A stretch of 64,000 nucleotides of DNA, from the NCBI GenBank assembly GCA_043757045.1, contig JAYVQC010000097.1, positions 365 through 64,364 of the forward strand. The letters are read 5' to 3'. The DNA is from Akkermansia sp. (GTDB taxonomy: Bacteria; Verrucomicrobiota; Verrucomicrobiia; Limisphaerales; SIBH01). Under the pieces are notes generated by a model, which was not told the origin of the DNA, made no database searches, and saw only the letters and a program-made list of their open reading frames with translations. Both the position numbers and the translations under genes were made by a program. This document shows positions 59,642-64,000 of this stretch, piece after piece (within the stretch, counting starts at the first letter, position 1; every line of letters begins with the position of its first letter).

Positions 59642-62368
59642 ATGTCGCCACGGCACAAATCAGAAATCGGTCTGCCCGCCCCTCGTCGGAATGACGCCGG
59701 GCCGGAGGGCGATCTGCCGCCCGCGCCCGCCGCCCGGACCGTGCGTGCGCGGCGCCGCGCGTGGCCTTTACGCTGCGTGGTGCTGGCCACCGTGGGCGCG
59801 TTGGCCGGACTGGCCTGGGGATTTTTCACGCGGCCTCACACGGCCTCGGTCCGGCTGTTTGCGTTTGAGCGCCGCTTCGCCACCTCGGCGGAGGCGGCGG
59901 ATTTTTCCTCGTCCGTCACCGCGGGCGCGGCGTTGACGCGGTTCAAAGCCAAGTTGCCGCCGGGCCTGTCTGCACAAAATCTCGCGGAACGCTGTCAGGT
60001 CATCATCGAGCCGGGGCAGTCCGTGCTCACCGCGACGGTCACGGCTAACGACGACGCCTCGGCGCGGGTGCTGGCGGAAGATTTCGCCGCGCATGTCGCG
60101 CGTTGTGCGGATGAATGGGTCGCGAAACGTGCCGAGGAAAACGAGCGTCAAATTTCTGCCGCGCAACGTCGCCTGCAAGAGCTTCGGAACCAGCTCGGCG
60201 AAGCATCTCCCGCCGTGATCGCCGCCGTGACCAGCACGCCGGCGCTGGTGGAGGAACCGGCGGTCCGTGCGGAGATGATGGCCTTGCGCGCGGTGCAGCA
60301 GGAGTTGGCACAGGCGCTCACGCGTTTCACCGAGGAGCATCCGCGCGTGAAGGAACTGCGCGCGTCCATCGCGGCGTTGCAGGGCGAGATCGCCAAACAA
60401 AATCCTGCGGCCCTCGTCGTAAAAAACGATTCCGCATCGCTTTCGGCCAAAGCCACCACCGACAAATTCGCGCCGAAAACGTCCATCAACGAAATCGAAC
60501 TGGCGCGCCTCAAGGCCGAGTTTTCCGCCCTGACCGCTTATCGCGATCAGTTGATCCAGGAGCGCGTGAACAACCGCGGCAAGGATTCCGAGCCGTGGCG
60601 GCAGGCCGAGCAGGTTGCTGTCGTGCGCGTCACGGAGACCGGGCGTTTGCTCTCGTGCTACGCGCTCGGTGCGGGCACGGGACTGCTGGTCGTGGGCGCG
60701 AGCCTCGGCCTGGGCCGCCGTCGCCGTCGTGTGATTTGTGACCGCGATTCATTGGAGGAAGCCACGCAACTGCCGGTGCTGGCCGTGGTGCCGGAATTGA
60801 AAGGCATGACCGAGGCGCAGAAAGATTACTGGGCGGTCGAGACGTTGAATCTGATTCGCAGCACCGCGCGCGCGGACAAACGCGGCTGCTTCGTCTGCGG
60901 CGTTATTTCGGCTACGAATGGCGAGGGCCGCTCGACGGTGATTGATTTGCTGGCGAACGCCGGGCTGCGCAATGGCAACCGCGTGCTCGTCATTCCCACG
61001 CCCGATTTTTCCCAACCGGGCAACACCGTCATCGCGCCGCCGCCCATGAAAGACATCGTGGCCGTGGCGCGGCAGACGATCATGCTCGAGGCGGGCAACA
61101 ACGCTCTACCCGTCCACTGGGAACGCGCCTTCACCACCTGGCAGCACGAGGAAAACGCGCTCGTGCTCGTCGAGCTGCCGCCCGCCACCACGGCGGATGC
61201 GCTGGTCTATTCCAGCGGCGTGCCGAACGTGCTCTGGCTGGGCGCGGCGCGCGTGGCGGACGCGGTGACCACCGCGCGTTGCGTGAACAGTCTGCGAAAC
61301 TCTGGCTGCCATTTGATTGGGGCCGCTTTGAATATGTGTTCCACCCTGCAAAAACGCGCGGCCCTCTGGCTTGCGCTCGCGGCGTTCTCCGCCGCGCTCT
61401 TGCCCGCGACCGCGCAAGAGAACCCCACCGCCAGCGCCGCGCCGGCCAACGCCATCTCGGCCACCAAGTCGCCCACGCTCGCGCCCTGGCAGGAGCACCT
61501 GACGCTTGGTCCCGGCGACGCGCTCGAAATCAGCCTCTACGGCCAGAAAGATTCCACGCGCCAGGTCGCGGTCGGCCCGGACGGACGTTTTAGTTTTCTG
61601 CAAGCGATGGACGTGACGGCGACGGGGCTGACGGTGGATGAATTGCGCGCGCAGCTGGAGCAAACTTTGATGAAGTTTCATCTCGCGCCGCGCGTGGTGA
61701 TTTCGCCGCTGGCCTTCCGCAGTAAAAAATATTACCTGCTCGGCAACGTGCAGGGGCGCGGCTCGTTCCCGCTCGACAAGCCCACGACCATCGTCGAGGC
61801 CGTGGCGCGGGCGAATGGTTTTGTGGTTGCGTCGCCACAGCGCAGCAGCTTCACGCTCACGGATTTTTCGCAGGCGTTCCTGATGCGGCGGCAGGCCGAC
61901 GGATCGTTCGCGCGCGAGGCGGTGGACTTTGAAAGTTTGTTCCAGCGCGGCGAGTTGCAGCACAACAAACTGCTTGCGCCGGATGATTATCTCTACTTCC
62001 CGCCGACTGGCCTGGACGAAGTCTATGTCCTCGGCTCCGTGCCCGGCACCGGCCCAGTGGCCTATGCGAAAGATTTGACCGTGCTGGGCGCGATTGCGGC
62101 GCGGGGCGGTTTCACAGCCGCAGCCTTCCAGGAGCGCATCCTCGTGGTGCGCGGCAGCCTCAACAAGCCCGAGACCTTCGTGGTCAATATGAGCAAGGTG
62201 CTGCGCGCCGCCGGCAAAGACTTCCCCCTGCAACCCAAGGACATCATCTACGTCTCGCGCAAGCCGTGGGCGAAGGCGGAGGAATTGCTCGAAGCCGCCT
62301 CGTCCGACTTTATGCGCGCCATCGCCGTCAGTTGGACCGGCAAACAAATCGGCCCCCTCACCAAATGA
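59642..62368 (+). CDS. Fused polysaccharide co-polymerase/BY-kinase-like protein (Wzc/GumC-like) + Wza-like export module
   Basis: N-terminal TM plus Wzz/GumC-like coiled coil (..EEHPRVKELRASIAALQGEI..). A second TM, then a P-loop domain with GVISATNGEGRST. From in-frame Met 61334 there is a signal-peptide-like MCSTLQKRAALWLALAAFSAALLPATAQ. A Poly_export/SLBB-like sequence follows (LGPGDALEISLYGQ...VGPDGRFSFL...). Confidence 0.75.
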   Translation: MSPRHKSEIGLPAPRRNDAGPEGDLPPAPAARTVRARRRAWPLRCVVLATVGALAGLAWGFFTRPHTASVRLFAFERRFATSAEAADFSSSVTAGAALTRFKAKLPPGLSAQNLAERCQVIIEPGQSVLTATVTANDDASARVLAEDFAAHVARCADEWVAKRAEENERQISAAQRRLQELRNQLGEASPAVIAAVTSTPALVEEPAVRAEMMALRAVQQELAQALTRFTEEHPRVKELRASIAALQGEIAKQNPAALVVKNDSASLSAKATTDKFAPKTSINEIELARLKAEFSALTAYRDQLIQERVNNRGKDSEPWRQAEQVAVVRVTETGRLLSCYALGAGTGLLVVGASLGLGRRRRRVICDRDSLEEATQLPVLAVVPELKGMTEAQKDYWAVETLNLIRSTARADKRGCFVCGVISATNGEGRSTVIDLLANAGLRNGNRVLVIPTPDFSQPGNTVIAPPPMKDIVAVARQTIMLEAGNNALPVHWERAFTTWQHEENALVLVELPPATTADALVYSSGVPNVLWLGAARVADAVTTARCVNSLRNSGCHLIGAALNMCSTLQKRAALWLALAAFSAALLPATAQENPTASAAPANAISATKSPTLAPWQEHLTLGPGDALEISLYGQKDSTRQVAVGPDGRFSFLQAMDVTATGLTVDELRAQLEQTLMKFHLAPRVVISPLAFRSKKYYLLGNVQGRGSFPLDKPTTIVEAVARANGFVVASPQRSSFTLTDFSQAFLMRRQADGSFAREAVDFESLFQRGELQHNKLLAPDDYLYFPPTGLDEVYVLGSVPGTGPVAYAKDLTVLGAIAARGGFTAAAFQERILVVRGSLNKPETFVVNMSKVLRAAGKDFPLQPKDIIYVSRKPWAKAEELLEAASSDFMRAIAVSWTGKQIGPLTK

Positions 62369-63471
62369 AGCACCTCATCGTTCTCCTTTCGTTGTTGCTG
62401 GTCGTGACCGGCTGCCGCACGCGCGGGCCGAAGTTTGATCCGCTGGCTTCCGCCGCGCTCGAGGGCGACTTCGCCTCCACCGGGCTTTCCAACCACCTTG
62501 ACCCCGCGATGCTCAAGGCCTCGACCGAGCCGTTCCGCCTCGGCCCCGGCGACATCCTTGAAATCGAAACCCTTGGCGAGGCGAAGAGCACCGTCATCAC
62601 GCCCGTCGGCCCGGATGGGAAAATTTATTACAACCTCCTGCCCGCCCTCTCCGTGTGGGGACTCTCGCTCGCCGAGACCCGCGCGCTCGTGCAGCGGGAG
62701 ATGGCGAAATACACCCGTGCCATGCCCGAGCTCGTGCTCAATTTGCGCGGCGTGGCCAGCAAGCGCGTCTGGGTGCTCGGCCAGGTCAACAAGCCCGGCG
62801 TCTATTCCCTCGCCACGCCCACGACCTTGCTCGACGCGCTCGCCCAGTCCGGCAACAGCGAAGGTCCCCTGAGCAGCCAGAATCTCGGCGGCGTCGGCGT
62901 ACGCGGATCTCGCGGCGACGGCATTGATGATGGCACGGCGGACTTCTCGCGCAGCTTCGTGCTGCGGAACGGCAAGCGCCTGCCCGTGGATTTCAACCGA
63001 CTGCTCAAGGGCGGCGACCTCACGCAAAACATTTTCCTCGAGCCGGACGACTTCATCTTCGTGCGCCCGATAGAACTCGCGAACATCTATCTCCTCGGCG
63101 CGGTCGGCTCTCCGCAGATCTTCGCTTACCGCCGCGACCTGACCGTGAGCGACGTGCTCATCAGCGCCGGCGGCACCGTCAAATACGCGCAGAACGGCCG
63201 CGTCGTCATCGTGCGCGGCGGCCTGACCGATCCGAAAATCGCCAGCGTGGATTACCACGCCATCGTCACCGGTAAGCAGGTCAACGTGCGTCTCCAGCCC
63301 GGGGACATTGTCTATGTTCCCTTCACGCCGTTCCGACGGCTGGCGCAGCTTGCGGAAGAAGTGCTCGATCAATTTGTCCGTACCATCGCGGTCAACGAGG
63401 CGACCTTCATCATCACTGATCAAAACAAGCCAGTGGGCATCACCGCGCCTTATGGCGGCATCCGACCATAA
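62365..63471 (+). CDS. Polysaccharide export lipoprotein (Wza-like, Poly_export + SLBB)
   Basis: Start trimmed to ATG 62365 (ATGA overlap). Lipobox MKHLIVLLSLLLVVTGC. LGPGDILEIETLGE...VGPDGKIYYNLL and later ..PGDIVYVP.. motifs. Confidence 0.85.
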   Translation: MKHLIVLLSLLLVVTGCRTRGPKFDPLASAALEGDFASTGLSNHLDPAMLKASTEPFRLGPGDILEIETLGEAKSTVITPVGPDGKIYYNLLPALSVWGLSLAETRALVQREMAKYTRAMPELVLNLRGVASKRVWVLGQVNKPGVYSLATPTTLLDALAQSGNSEGPLSSQNLGGVGVRGSRGDGIDDGTADFSRSFVLRNGKRLPVDFNRLLKGGDLTQNIFLEPDDFIFVRPIELANIYLLGAVGSPQIFAYRRDLTVSDVLISAGGTVKYAQNGRVVIVRGGLTDPKIASVDYHAIVTGKQVNVRLQPGDIVYVPFTPFRRLAQLAEEVLDQFVRTIAVNEATFIITDQNKPVGITAPYGGIRP

Positions 63472-63503
63472 CCGGGCACGAGCTTTTCACAGACATTCTT
63501 CAG

Positions 63504-63533
63504 AGCGCCGGTTTCCCAACCGGCGCTTTTTTT
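63504..63533 (+). terminator. Rho-independent terminator after the export operon
   Basis: agcgccggtt-tccc-aaccggcgct followed by ttttttt. Lies between convergent genes. Confidence 0.6.
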
Positions 63534-64000
63534 ATGGCGCGATGCGGAAGAAGCTGCGCGGCGGCGTGAAGGGATTGGTGAAACTCGCCGCGCCATTCGT
63601 GAGCACGAACTGGCGGTCTGGCGTCCAGCTTTGCAAATCCACTGAGCTTTCCACGCGCGCGACCAGGCCGGTCGGACCGGTCATGTTCACAATCACATTC
63701 GTGCCAACGCGCCGCGCTGTGGTCACTCGCGCGGGCGATTCCACGCGCGCCTCGACCAGTTGCAGATCGAAGTTGAGCGACGAACCATTCGGATCCGCGC
63801 GATGAACTTCCACGGCGAGAATGTTCGTCCCCGCGCGCAGTAACGCCGCCGGGACCGGGTAGGAAAACCATGTGCGCGCCTGCGCCGTGTTCGGCGCGGT
63901 CGCGTAACTGCCGTAGGCCGCACCCGCGTTCAAGTTGCGCCGGAAAATCTCCGTGTTGTTCAGAGACACCGCCACGCCGTCGTTGAAACAGAGCCGCAGC
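63532..64000 (-). CDS. C-terminal part of a large secreted beta-sandwich protein (gene runs off the window end)
   Basis: The reading frame stays open to the window end (..LRLCFNDGVAVSLNNTEIFRRNLNAG..ILAVEVHRADPNGSSLNFDLQL..), with a C-terminal ..PRSFFRIAP tail. Family not identified. Confidence 0.5.
   Translation of the reverse strand, partial: LRLCFNDGVAVSLNNTEIFRRNLNAGAAYGSYATAPNTAQARTWFSYPVPAALLRAGTNILAVEVHRADPNGSSLNFDLQLVEARVESPARVTTARRVGTNVIVNMTGPTGLVARVESSVDLQSWTPDRQFVLTNGAASFTNPFTPPRSFFRIAP

Noticed and set aside
1-64000. tRNA, rRNA, transposase, integrase or prophage genes.
   Set aside because: Inspection of all intergenic regions longer than 100 nt showed only palindromic repeats. 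No cloverleaf-like tRNA sequences, rRNA motifs or DDE/tyrosine-recombinase motifs were recognised. A tRNAscan/Infernal run would be needed to exclude small RNAs formally.

Overview
GC-rich bacterial chromosomal segment. Gene content and repeat style suggest a PVC-superphylum (Verrucomicrobiota-like) genome; this is inference only. By eye I support about 58 protein-coding genes and found no rRNA, tRNA, CRISPR array, transposase or integrase. Recognisable core genes are mutL, dnaB, bamA plus an OmpH/Skp-like gene, nagA, hpt, moaD/moaE, queD, two HemN/HemW-type radical SAM genes, an IMPase, a CysJ-like/NirA-like sulfite reductase pair, an MBOAT pair and polysaccharide export genes. Accessory content includes a BlaI/BlaR1 pair whose sensor is fused to a secretin, and three PIN-type toxin-antitoxin modules. 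It also includes a DUF1016 nuclease, a 1237-aa TPR-CHAT protease with a truncated paralogue fragment, two ECF sigma/anti-sigma modules and a UbiC-like/flavin-halogenase pair. Also present are a LuxC-MFS-LuxE cluster and a DUF4394/CHRD giant secreted protein. The most unusual signal is not a gene cluster. The window is saturated with several families of short GC-rich palindromic (REP/MITE-like) elements and 7-8 nt tandem repeats. At least nine copies sit in frame inside otherwise conserved ORFs, in loops or linkers, much like Rickettsia palindromic elements. Many long ORFs in the six-frame track are antisense shadow ORFs typical of GC-rich DNA and were not called. All calls come from motif recognition by eye; no searches were run.
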